Below the pieces are notes generated by a model. The model saw only the letters and a program-made list of their open reading frames with translations. It did no database searches and was not told the origin of the DNA. Positions 10,910-18,867 of a DNA stretch of 64,000 nucleotides are shown piece after piece. Origin of the DNA: an uncultured bacterium (lineage in GTDB: Bacteria > Bacteroidota > Bacteroidia > Bacteroidales > UBA932); assembly GCA_949300025.1 (NCBI GenBank), contig CASGCS010000014.1, positions 39,483 through 103,482 on the forward strand, written 5' to 3'. Positions within the stretch are counted from its first letter, which is position 1. Each line of letters begins with the position of its first letter. The position numbers and the translations under genes are program-made.

Positions 10910-11514
10910 AAGCCATTCCATAAAAAACGGCCGGCACAGGGCCGACCGTAAGAGACCTGACTGCAGGCTAATGCTGCTTCCGGCCCGGCAGGTGTCTCCA
11001 CGCCAGCCTCGCCGGCTGCCACTCCAGACTCAACTGCATCCTTGTCTTCCAGCGAATCTTCCACTTGCACCGATTCAACCATAAATGCAATCGCAACAAT
11101 CTCGCTGTCGCCGTTCCATGCAGAAGCAGAATTGGTAGTATAGAAATGCTCCTCCTTCAGCCCTTCATGCACAATGTAGTAAGACTTCACCTGGTTGCTC
11201 CTGTTTTTGGCAACCGCCAGATTTTCCTTTACAGAACCATACGAAGAGCAGAATCCGAGAACACGCACTTTCTCGCTGCCGGAGAAAATCGCATCTTTGT
11301 GCTCTCTTATCAATGTCTGCAATCTCTCTATAGATTGCCTGTTTCCACGATAGTCTGCCCAGAACATCCTCTTCCCTGGAACAAATCTGAACAGCACCGT
11401 ATCATTTTGGATTTTCTCCATACCCTCTCCGGCACATGATGGCAAGGGGATGCCCCATGCCGATGCACCAATATACATGAGCATGAAACAGAATAGTAAA
11501 AACGATTTACGCAT
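10615..11514 (-). CDS. DUF3868/OmpA_C-like domain protein, barrel-less third paralog of the pilus-operon first genes; probably degenerate
   Basis: Signal peptide plus motif pattern shared with 17325-18599 and 18868-20286 N-domains (F..G...L....N...L..L ... GxxSxxGS...N..LA..R...V). Acidic linker, then the ORF crosses a terminator hairpin and runs 295 nt antisense to the neighbouring gene. Confidence 0.45.
   Translation of the reverse strand: MRKSFLLFCFMLMYIGASAWGIPLPSCAGEGMEKIQNDTVLFRFVPGKRMFWADYRGNRQSIERLQTLIREHKDAIFSGSEKVRVLGFCSSYGSVKENLAVAKNRSNQVKSYYIVHEGLKEEHFYTTNSASAWNGDSEIVAIAFMVESVQVEDSLEDKDAVESGVAAGEAGVETPAGPEAALACSQVSYGRPCAGRFLWNGFYFSKRSSGVTSIRKWVESCFVPSDRLSNTMRMLSVSYTRSSALWACSESAGHRASSPHFSNWALRISAKLLFASVSFEGETTMSLVCALPDTAGLVL
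10922..10949 (-). terminator. intrinsic terminator (minus strand) inside the 299-aa ORF
   Basis: Minus-strand acggtcgg/ccggccgt 8-bp stem (one G-U) followed by TTTTTT; on the plus strand the same position is a C-A mismatch and no T-run follows. Confidence 0.55.
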
Positions 11515-11520
11515 ATCTTA

Positions 11521-11600
11521 GTTTAAACTTCGTTTACAATCTCGCTGCGTCTCGGCATTGTCTGAACAAGTTCCGCCACTGCTCTCGACTTGCAGTTTAT
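11521..11600 (-). repeat. approximately 80-nt repeated leader element, copy A (directly upstream of ATG 11514)
   Basis: Aligns with 54971-55050 with 7 substitutions over the first 78 nt (manual alignment). Two hairpins: 11536-11540/11557-11561 and 11566-11571/11588-11593. Confidence 0.7.
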
Positions 11601-11635
11601 TTTAAACTTCGTTTACAATCACGCGGCGCCTCGGC
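11600..11635 (-). repeat. partial copy B of the same element (start-codon-proximal half only)
   Basis: ttttaaacttcgtttacaatcacgcggcgcctcggc matches the first approximately 36 nt of copies A and C. Confidence 0.6.
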
Positions 11636-11919
11636 TGTGGCAGGAAAACTTGCTTGCCCTGGCTATCTTTTGCAAAGGGAATAACCGGCCAGCTGATAAG
11701 CAAAATCAAAAAAAACACACAGAATATGGGCATTACAGCCTCTCCACATGAGCAATCAACTGGTTTACAATAAATTATAGTTAAGACATATGAGAATGGA
11801 AATCGCCCGAAAATTCCCGAAAAGCATAAAAAACACGACTTTTCAAGATTATAAAAATGAACGCTCCACACATCCCAACCGCAAATTTTCACCTGCAAAA
11901 GCCAACCTGATAGACGATA

Positions 11920-11936
11920 AATCGTTCATTTTATTG
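11920..11936. repeat. 17-nt motif aatcgttcattttattg (left copy of a perfect inverted repeat)
   Basis: Exact reverse complement of 18781-18797. Confidence 0.8.
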
Positions 11937-11972
11937 CCGGGCCGCTATTTATGTATGGTTCGGTAAGTTAAA

Positions 11973-12005
11973 GGGGCTGCATCTGTTGGAATGCAACCCC
12001 TTTTT
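11973..12005. terminator. GC-rich hairpin flanked by an A-run and a T-run downstream of the left pilus operon
   Basis: ggggctgcat/atgcaacccc 10-bp stem (one mismatch on plus, G-U on minus), T5 on plus side, AA/TTTAA on minus side; 120 nt beyond the stop at 12127. Confidence 0.5.
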
Positions 12006-12126
12006 CCATATGTGCACCCATTCCAAGAAGCATTTCATTTATGCAACGGCGGTTCATAGCGGAATCCGGAGCAGGCCTGTTTCTGTGCCCGGGAGTTTGG
12101 GATGTAACCGTATGCCGTACTCTATT

Positions 12127-14907
12127 CTACTGTTCCTTGATCGGACGTACCGGACGGGCCATGGTCTTGGAGCCTCCGAATAGGTATGTATATGTTGGAT
12201 TTGAACTTCCCCAGTCGTTGCGGATACACAGAGAGTAGGCAGCGGCAGGATTACTGCTCTGTACGCAACTCCAATAATAGACACCATACATCGCCCATAA
12301 TCCGCCGGGAGTGCTCATTGGACCGCCTTGTTGGTAAGCCTCCAAATTTGCTCTATCGGCTCTTTGTCCTGTTGCAGTCAATGGTATATCCCCTCCGCTA
12401 CCGTTTCTTTCAGGATGTACACGATATTTGTTGTGCAGGTCGTCATTAAACAGATACCCGTTCAGTGTTCCTGAATCACCGTTTACAAATACTGAAAATG
12501 CACGGGGAACCGGAATCTTGTAGCCTCTTGGAGACGGGTCGTAAATTGTCTTGACTGAAGTTTGCTTGTCTGAAGAATTGCCGGAAGAATTGTCCCACAA
12601 AGAAGATATGGTACCCTTTAACCAGTCAGTGTCGTTATTCTTCAGATAAAATATATTGGGATTCTGGATAGTCTCTCCTATGCTTACATCTCCAGGAGCG
12701 ATGTTATAAGCATATTTTGGATCGCCGGTTTCGTGAAGACGGTAATCTTCAAAGCGATAAGTGTTCCAATTCCGTAGCGCGACCATAGGGTCCTTACGCC
12801 CCCACTGATAATAGGTGGAACCTACATCTTTATAGTCGAAGGCATTTCCAGCCTGATTTACTGTCATTTCCTCTATATAGCCCGACCCTGTCTGAGTGAA
12901 CTTGAACTTAAGGTTGCGGTCGTTGTAGTAGACCATCTTGCCGTCTACCCATCCGAGATTGCATTGCATCATCTCATAAGCGACATTGCTTCCCAAACCG
13001 TCCTGAAGCCGATGTGTTACATCGAGAGAACGCTCTGTAACCCAGATGTGCCAACTCCACATTATCCGGCCCTGATCGTCCCTGACGGCAAGAATCGCAT
13101 TTGCCTGCTGCATATACTCTTTGTTCAAGGTAAATATCAGCATGGTCTTGTCTTTATTCAGGTGGATATTTTCGAACATATAGAATCCGTCGCTCCACAC
13201 AAGACAGGCATCGTATGGCCGGTAGCCATGATTGTTGTATATATATGGATTGTCAATACTATTACCCAGATAGTCGCTGAAATCCGAATTATATGCTGAA
13301 GTATTAGGACTACCGTTTTTTATTGCATTGCCGTACACAAGAGGCAGTTGATATGTCCCCGGCGCATTGACGCAATAGCAATTGGCTGTCTCCCGAGACA
13401 AGGTCCCCCCGCTTGTCGAGAGGTCGTAGGGCGCTTCGGACGTTCCTTTAGGTGTGGTATTTTTTAATTCATTGTCTCCATTCCACGTGGTGTGCATCAG
13501 ATTTCTCGTTATTTCGAGCGCATAACCGCTGTCATGGCCGCCATCGCCGTTATAGGTGAAATTTGTTAAGATCTCATTAATATTTACGTCTGAAGTTGTA
13601 CCATCTTCACGATTTGTTTCATTTGCGCTTACTCCCTCCGCCGTCCAAGGAATATTTTCGCGATTATCCGGAGTATCTCCAAATTGAGTGCGGTAGCGGT
13701 AACTTGATACATTGTATTGGGCGGAAGTCTGGCCGAGTGTCATATCGATTGAAGGCGTAACCTCGAACACATACGTCCAGTTGATGGATTCGGTAGTGAT
13801 GGCATAGGTATATATTTTACCGGCATCCCATGTGCTGAGGTCTGTGTCGTTATCGGTTGTGGTTATTGACGGGTCATAGAGTTTGCCGACGAGAGTATAC
13901 TCTTTTTCGCCATCGTTGAAGAGTACTTCGACTTCTGCGTTTTCAATCTCTTGTGGCAGCATCATGAAGGTGGTCTCATGATTTTTGTCTGTAATCTGCT
14001 GCTCACCTGTCTGCTGGTTTTCCACCTTGACATTAAACTCCTGATGGAATGCTGAAGTCTGCTGCTCTCCGTTAAAGGTCCATGTGATGGAAGGCTCACC
14101 GTTTTCATTAAAGACATAGGTACATGAGCCCGAACCGTAGAGATTTTTTAGGGTAATGCTTTTGACAGTGCCGGCAGCAATGTCTTTTGCTACGAATTTT
14201 ACCCCGGCGAAAGCATGATAGAATTTCAGGGGAACCGAGCCGCTTTGGTTTGTCATAGATTTGCTGCAGGCTTTATAAGCGAACATGATATCATGCTGCT
14301 GTTCCGCTGCGTTTGTGACTTCTTGACCGGCCCCGGGTACTGTATAGTTGAAAGAGAGTGATTTGCCATCTGAAGTTATAAATTGTATATCGTCTGCAGT
14401 AAAGAGAGGATTCTTATCGACAGTTGCCGGTGCGTAGGCAAAAAAGTCCATCATGATATCATTTTCCGGCCAGAAATGGTTCTGGTCCGGAGACCAGACT
14501 CCGTTTGACAGATTATTGACAAGAACATCATTCATGTAAAGTCTTCCGTCAGGAAGATATCCGGTTACGGAAAAATTTTTGCAGACTTGAGCAAAATTAG
14601 ATGAGGAGACGGGTATGCCGCGGGTTTCTACCTGAGACGAGACTGTCGATAGATTGTTTTCGGATGAGGCATGGATATAAAGGGTGTCTTCCTCTGATTT
14701 TCCGGTCATCATGAGGGCGTTATCTGCATAATGGCGAGCCTTGGTAAGGGATGAACCGTCTGATGAGATAGCAGAGGAGATACTGAAGCCAATGAGATTG
14801 CTGTCTGATTGTATTTGACTTTCGAACTGCTCATCCGTGACGCATGATAAGGTAAGCGACATTATTGCCGCATAACCTGCATATTTAAACAGACTGATAC
14901 TTTTCAT
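12127..14907 (-). CDS. large type V pilus tip/accessory adhesin: fimbrillin-like N-terminal region plus lectin-like C-terminal module
   Basis: ORF 12127-14946; probable ATG 14907 gives a lipoprotein signal (MKSISLF...LTLSC). SLTK|A maturation-type site. C-terminal motifs YYQWGRKDP, DPSPRGYKIP, YYWS, RPVRP typical of Bacteroidales DUF1566/FISUMP-like modules (recall). Confidence 0.6.
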   Translation of the reverse strand: MKSISLFKYAGYAAIMSLTLSCVTDEQFESQIQSDSNLIGFSISSAISSDGSSLTKARHYADNALMMTGKSEEDTLYIHASSENNLSTVSSQVETRGIPVSSSNFAQVCKNFSVTGYLPDGRLYMNDVLVNNLSNGVWSPDQNHFWPENDIMMDFFAYAPATVDKNPLFTADDIQFITSDGKSLSFNYTVPGAGQEVTNAAEQQHDIMFAYKACSKSMTNQSGSVPLKFYHAFAGVKFVAKDIAAGTVKSITLKNLYGSGSCTYVFNENGEPSITWTFNGEQQTSAFHQEFNVKVENQQTGEQQITDKNHETTFMMLPQEIENAEVEVLFNDGEKEYTLVGKLYDPSITTTDNDTDLSTWDAGKIYTYAITTESINWTYVFEVTPSIDMTLGQTSAQYNVSSYRYRTQFGDTPDNRENIPWTAEGVSANETNREDGTTSDVNINEILTNFTYNGDGGHDSGYALEITRNLMHTTWNGDNELKNTTPKGTSEAPYDLSTSGGTLSRETANCYCVNAPGTYQLPLVYGNAIKNGSPNTSAYNSDFSDYLGNSIDNPYIYNNHGYRPYDACLVWSDGFYMFENIHLNKDKTMLIFTLNKEYMQQANAILAVRDDQGRIMWSWHIWVTERSLDVTHRLQDGLGSNVAYEMMQCNLGWVDGKMVYYNDRNLKFKFTQTGSGYIEEMTVNQAGNAFDYKDVGSTYYQWGRKDPMVALRNWNTYRFEDYRLHETGDPKYAYNIAPGDVSIGETIQNPNIFYLKNNDTDWLKGTISSLWDNSSGNSSDKQTSVKTIYDPSPRGYKIPVPRAFSVFVNGDSGTLNGYLFNDDLHNKYRVHPERNGSGGDIPLTATGQRADRANLEAYQQGGPMSTPGGLWAMYGVYYWSCVQSSNPAAAYSLCIRNDWGSSNPTYTYLFGGSKTMARPVRPIKEQ

Positions 14908-14976
14908 ATTCCCATTCTCCTTCAAATAATAGGATCCGTTCAACAAAACGGATTTAAAATTTTTATCAATAGCCGG

Positions 14977-14993
14977 AAAAGGGCATTTTGCCC
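14977..14993 (-). terminator. weak terminator/attenuator hairpin between stalk and tip genes (left operon)
   Basis: Minus strand GGGCA-AAA-TGCCC followed by TTTT. Confidence 0.3.
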
Positions 14994-15054
14994 CTCCCAG
15001 CTGCGATATGATTCCAATAGGAATCTTGTCGTGTCAAATTTCTTTGATTGATGA

Positions 15055-16284
15055 TTATTCCACATCCATATCAATGTCACTGTTGGCTACGGATACGAAA
15101 TCATCAACAGATACTTCAAATGTGACAGGGACGAGCACTGGATCCGGATCCACAGGGTCAAATCCTCCGCCTTCTCCGAATACGAAAGTATAGACATATT
15201 TCTTGCCCTGCTCCCAATTGATCTCTACAGGTACTGCGACTTCCTTATGTTCTGCGGTAGTTCCCCAAAGAGGTGTGTCGGTGGCAGCAAATGACTCTCC
15301 GGCAATATTATATATGGCACAGTTGACAAGGAAATATGACCCGTCTGCAGCTTCTCCGGTAACCACGGGGCTTGTTACTTCAGCTGGATTCCACGCTTTT
15401 GCAGTCTGAGGAAGGAGGAGAAGGGCGTTTGCATTGAATTCATCACCCGCATCGGCACTCGTATACACATTATTTGTAAGGTTTACAATAGTGGCATTGG
15501 TATTTTTGCCAGGTACTACAACATCGTCAAAGGTTACCGGATATACAGTACTTCCTGCTGCACCTGACACAGGAGCGAGTGGTGCCCATGTTCCCCAGTT
15601 GGCACTCTCATAATCCCCGCTCTCAAAAGAGCCGTCATGATTATCATCTACCAACGTCGTGTTGTCTGTATCAGATGTGGGGAAAGTGAAAGTGTTCTTA
15701 TTTGCAACATTCACGATCTTGACTCCTGATATCTCAACATAGAGGTTTTCGTTGGTATTCTTCGCCTGGAAGACTACCTGTGAAAGAGCGTGACGGAAAT
15801 TAAGGGTAACCGGTTTTGTCGCTTCAGCAGTGGCTCCTTTTTGCTGACCCGTCTTTACGGCATAAAGAAGATCCTGCTGATCCGCCACAGTGGTAGGAAC
15901 TTCATAATCAACGATAGTGGCAGGAGCAGTTCCTTCTGCTGCGGAGACATTCCAAGTAATAGTGCCGTTTACAATTGCATAGAAATCCAATGAAAGATCG
16001 TTGGGCCAGAAACGTGTTCCGCTCTCGTTGACCCAAGTATTGCCGTCTGCTGTAGTAATCTTGTCCCCATTGATGTAGGTTTTGCCATCGCTGCTTTCGG
16101 CAAACACTGTGAACTCTGCCGGCTTATTGTTGTTGCAATAAATATCGGCAGCCTTTGTAGCATTATTGGCTACAACACTGTACTGAATTTCGTTGCCATC
16201 CTGATTGACTTCGAAAACTTCATTTTTTGAGCAAGCGGCCAGAACAAGCACCATGCTTACTCCTGCAAAAATAAATCTTTTCAT
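15055..16284 (-). CDS. fimbrillin-family type V pilus stalk subunit
   Basis: 409 aa; lipoprotein signal (VLVLAACS), NNATK|A site, fimbrillin hallmarks (LLYAVK, VTLNFRHALSQVVF, ISGVKIVNV...NTFTF, LLLLPQ). Confidence 0.7.
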   Translation of the reverse strand: MKRFIFAGVSMVLVLAACSKNEVFEVNQDGNEIQYSVVANNATKAADIYCNNNKPAEFTVFAESSDGKTYINGDKITTADGNTWVNESGTRFWPNDLSLDFYAIVNGTITWNVSAAEGTAPATIVDYEVPTTVADQQDLLYAVKTGQQKGATAEATKPVTLNFRHALSQVVFQAKNTNENLYVEISGVKIVNVANKNTFTFPTSDTDNTTLVDDNHDGSFESGDYESANWGTWAPLAPVSGAAGSTVYPVTFDDVVVPGKNTNATIVNLTNNVYTSADAGDEFNANALLLLPQTAKAWNPAEVTSPVVTGEAADGSYFLVNCAIYNIAGESFAATDTPLWGTTAEHKEVAVPVEINWEQGKKYVYTFVFGEGGGFDPVDPDPVLVPVTFEVSVDDFVSVANSDIDMDVE

Positions 16285-16317
16285 CTTTGAAAAATAAAAT
16301 GATTATTAAATTATATA

Positions 16318-17328
16318 TTAAAGAATTATATCACTTTCAATTACTTCCCAATCATCTACAGACGGATCGTAGCCGCTGCCTTCCTCTATCGGTTCAGGGA
16401 GATTAAGGCCTTCTATGACCAGATGTACATGGCGGTAGTCCGGAGCGGTGTGGACTTGTGATGTAACATCAAGGTAATCCCCATCCTTGAAGCAGAACTT
16501 TTCGCCATTGTCCATTACTGCATAAAATGTCATGCGGTGCGGGTCGGGATTGTCAATATTGTGCCCGAACGTGTAGAACATTCCCGTTACATTTGAGACT
16601 CCGTCTGAAGTGCCATGGAAAGGTAATGTTACACACTCGGTCCCGACATTTTCAGTAGAGAACTCCAGAGAACCCGCCATGCCGGAGATAGTTCCGGAGA
16701 TCATTGCAAGATGTTCCAGATTCCGGACATTGCGCACCTCATAAGTATATGTGCATACCATCTCGTGCGGATACAGGGTTATTACATACTCTTCCGTATC
16801 TACATGAATGTCTTCCCGACGGCCGTCATCTGTAAATGTGCTATGGCTATAACTGATACCATAGTCTGTCACTTCAACTTCTTCCACTGCGCATCCCCAA
16901 ATCATGTCGGGACAGATGACTACCTTCTCATCCTCGGTGCCGTCGGCGCGCGGGGCGGAGGAAACGGTATTGCCGTACATAGGCTCAAGCACACTTCCTT
17001 CTCTGGTATAAATGCCGTGTGTATAATAGTCATCCGTATTGTAGAACTCCACCATTTCAGCATCGTTGTTGAAGGTTATGACTTTGTATTTTCCTACCCG
17101 CAACTGGATCTCCCCTCCTGTGATATTGTTGAAATCATATCGAATACCTTGCCCATCGCTTTCGGAGTAGAAGTATACGCACATTCCATCGGGATTGGCA
17201 TCAGGAGCATCTTTCCAATTGAACTCCAACCTCAGTGTTTTCAGATGCGGATGTTGGTTGCACAATTCCTTATGTTCGCAGGACGCGGCCAGCACGATAG
17301 CGGCCAGAATAAAAATCAACCGGTTCAT
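16318..17328 (-). CDS. DUF5119-like lipoprotein, probable Mfa2/FimB-type pilus anchor
   Basis: 336 aa; lipoprotein signal then SCEHKELC..H motif shared with the paralog at 20283-21320; ATGA overlap with the upstream gene. Confidence 0.6.
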   Translation of the reverse strand: MNRLIFILAAIVLAASCEHKELCNQHPHLKTLRLEFNWKDAPDANPDGMCVYFYSESDGQGIRYDFNNITGGEIQLRVGKYKVITFNNDAEMVEFYNTDDYYTHGIYTREGSVLEPMYGNTVSSAPRADGTEDEKVVICPDMIWGCAVEEVEVTDYGISYSHSTFTDDGRREDIHVDTEEYVITLYPHEMVCTYTYEVRNVRNLEHLAMISGTISGMAGSLEFSTENVGTECVTLPFHGTSDGVSNVTGMFYTFGHNIDNPDPHRMTFYAVMDNGEKFCFKDGDYLDVTSQVHTAPDYRHVHLVIEGLNLPEPIEEGSGYDPSVDDWEVIESDIIL

Positions 17329-18599
17329 CTTCTGCCTCCTTTGTCTTTATTGTAATTACCGCGACCTATCAGCCATACAAGAGAAATCTCAATTTTTGTA
17401 GGACCAAGGTAGTTCAACTTTTTTGTGGACTGCCATACATAGCAGTCGTCTATAGGAGTATATTCATAGCAGACACCTCCAATGTATCCAAGTCCTGCAG
17501 AAAAATCAATGTTGAACCTCTTTGCTGCCGGAAGCGAATATCCGTATTCTAACCATACGGAATAGTTGGTCTTGTCGAAAAGGTCTCCACCGGGACGACC
17601 TCCGATGTATCCGGTGCCGCCAATCTCAAAGTCATAAGTGAAAGCCTGTCCATATACTCCCAAATGATGTCCTGTCAAAGGTTTTTCTTCTGCCTTGCGG
17701 CCAAACCATTTGCGGACGCCGAGGCTGCCGCCGTACTGACGCCAGTACCAGTGTGCACGATCGCTTTTCCACCATCCGTACATCCAGTCCGCAGCAATGC
17801 TCCAATTTTTGCCGAGATAGAATTCTGCGCCTATATTAGGAATGAGTAGAACATCATAGAGCATGTTGGTCTTGATTGCCATGTAGAACGGCTTCTTTAA
17901 TCTGGGAGGTGTTGTTGCATAAGGTATTAACTTCCCTACGTGCGGAACTTCAGGTATCGAAGTCCTGATAGTTGCCACAGGAGGAAGGATTATTGGATTC
18001 CATATTTTCTCATAATGAAGATATATGCTGGAGGCACGGAGCTCCGGGAACAAATTTCTGTACATATAGCGGTACGGAACTCCGCCTTTGAAGCGTGACA
18101 GATTGCCGACATTGTTGTCAGAGAGTTTTTCCCCTCCTGCAGAACGGTCCGCGATTTTCTTCAGGTATTCAAGGGTCTCTTCCCTATAAGGTGTATTTTG
18201 GTCAGCTTCTACGAGTTTGGCAAGTCCCCACCAGTCTCTTCCAATGAAATTGAATGTTGTCAGCGAATCAGGTAATTCCCCATACCTTGAGAGATATTTG
18301 AAGAGAACACCGGCTCTCTTTTCAGACAGACGTTTGTTCAGAGGTATTGTGCCTTCCGGAGATGCGCCGCCAACGACATGAACCTTTTTCAATACATATA
18401 TCGAGTCTCTGTATCCGGCATTGAGGCTGTCTGCTATCCTGTTTAGAGCCTTTTGGTTATCCCTTATAGAGGGTTCGAGGATAGAATATCCCTGACGAAA
18501 ATATATCCTCACGGAGTCTACAACTTCCTGTGCAAACCCCTGCGTAATTGAGGATAATACAAATAACAAAATAAAAACGATATGAATTCTACCTTTCAT
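17325..18599 (-). CDS. DUF3868 (OmpA_C-like) N-domain fused to DUF3575-like outer-membrane beta-barrel; first gene of the left pilus operon
   Basis: 424 aa; signal peptide; GGASPEGTIPLNKRLSEKRA OmpA_C-like motif; C-terminal aromatic-rich alternating pattern ending ISLVWLIGRGN. Confidence 0.65.
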   Translation of the reverse strand: MKGRIHIVFILLFVLSSITQGFAQEVVDSVRIYFRQGYSILEPSIRDNQKALNRIADSLNAGYRDSIYVLKKVHVVGGASPEGTIPLNKRLSEKRAGVLFKYLSRYGELPDSLTTFNFIGRDWWGLAKLVEADQNTPYREETLEYLKKIADRSAGGEKLSDNNVGNLSRFKGGVPYRYMYRNLFPELRASSIYLHYEKIWNPIILPPVATIRTSIPEVPHVGKLIPYATTPPRLKKPFYMAIKTNMLYDVLLIPNIGAEFYLGKNWSIAADWMYGWWKSDRAHWYWRQYGGSLGVRKWFGRKAEEKPLTGHHLGVYGQAFTYDFEIGGTGYIGGRPGGDLFDKTNYSVWLEYGYSLPAAKRFNIDFSAGLGYIGGVCYEYTPIDDCYVWQSTKKLNYLGPTKIEISLVWLIGRGNYNKDKGGRR

Positions 18600-18609
18600 T
18601 ATTCAGGCC

Positions 18610-18649
18610 TTCGATAAATCGTTCGATAAATCGTTCGATAAATCGTTCG
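18610..18649. repeat. tandem 12-nt repeat ttcgataaatcg x3.3 in the left-operon leader
   Basis: Read directly: three exact units 18610-18645 plus partial ttcg. Confidence 0.9.
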
Positions 18650-18769
18650 TTTTTTTAGCAGTGCTGAAAAAACGTGGTTTTAATCGTACAGGAACAACAT
18701 TCCGGAAAAATCCAACCTATTGAATCCGTTTTTTTTAAAAATATTTTTCCTATTCATAAAATATTATTT

Positions 18770-18777
18770 TATCTTTG
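18770..18777 (+). promoter_or_regulatory. -7 promoter box (tatctttg) for the right pilus operon
   Basis: Exact TAnnTTTG match in an AT-rich divergent region, 3 nt before the 17-nt motif. Confidence 0.45.
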
Positions 18778-18780
18778 AAC

Positions 18781-18797
18781 CAATAAAATGAACGATT
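18781..18797. repeat. 17-nt motif caataaaatgaacgatt (right copy of the perfect inverted repeat)
   Basis: Exact reverse complement of 11920-11936. Confidence 0.8.
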
Positions 18798-18867
18798 ACT
18801 TAGCCGCCCATGAAAAGCGGGGATGCAGTCGTTCGGTGATGTTTTACACAGATATAAGACAAATTTG

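Noticed and set aside
11602-11898. 98-aa minus-strand ORF in the long spacer between the left pilus operon and the truncated DUF3868 gene
   Set aside because: It is Cys/Phe-rich, overlaps the partial repeat copy, and has no signal or partner. I treat the region as noncoding leader.
18610-18649. Possible mini-CRISPR or DnaA-box-like array
   Set aside because: The units are contiguous 12-mers with no spacers and no cas genes, and the sequence does not resemble TTATCCACA. I classify it as a simple tandem repeat.
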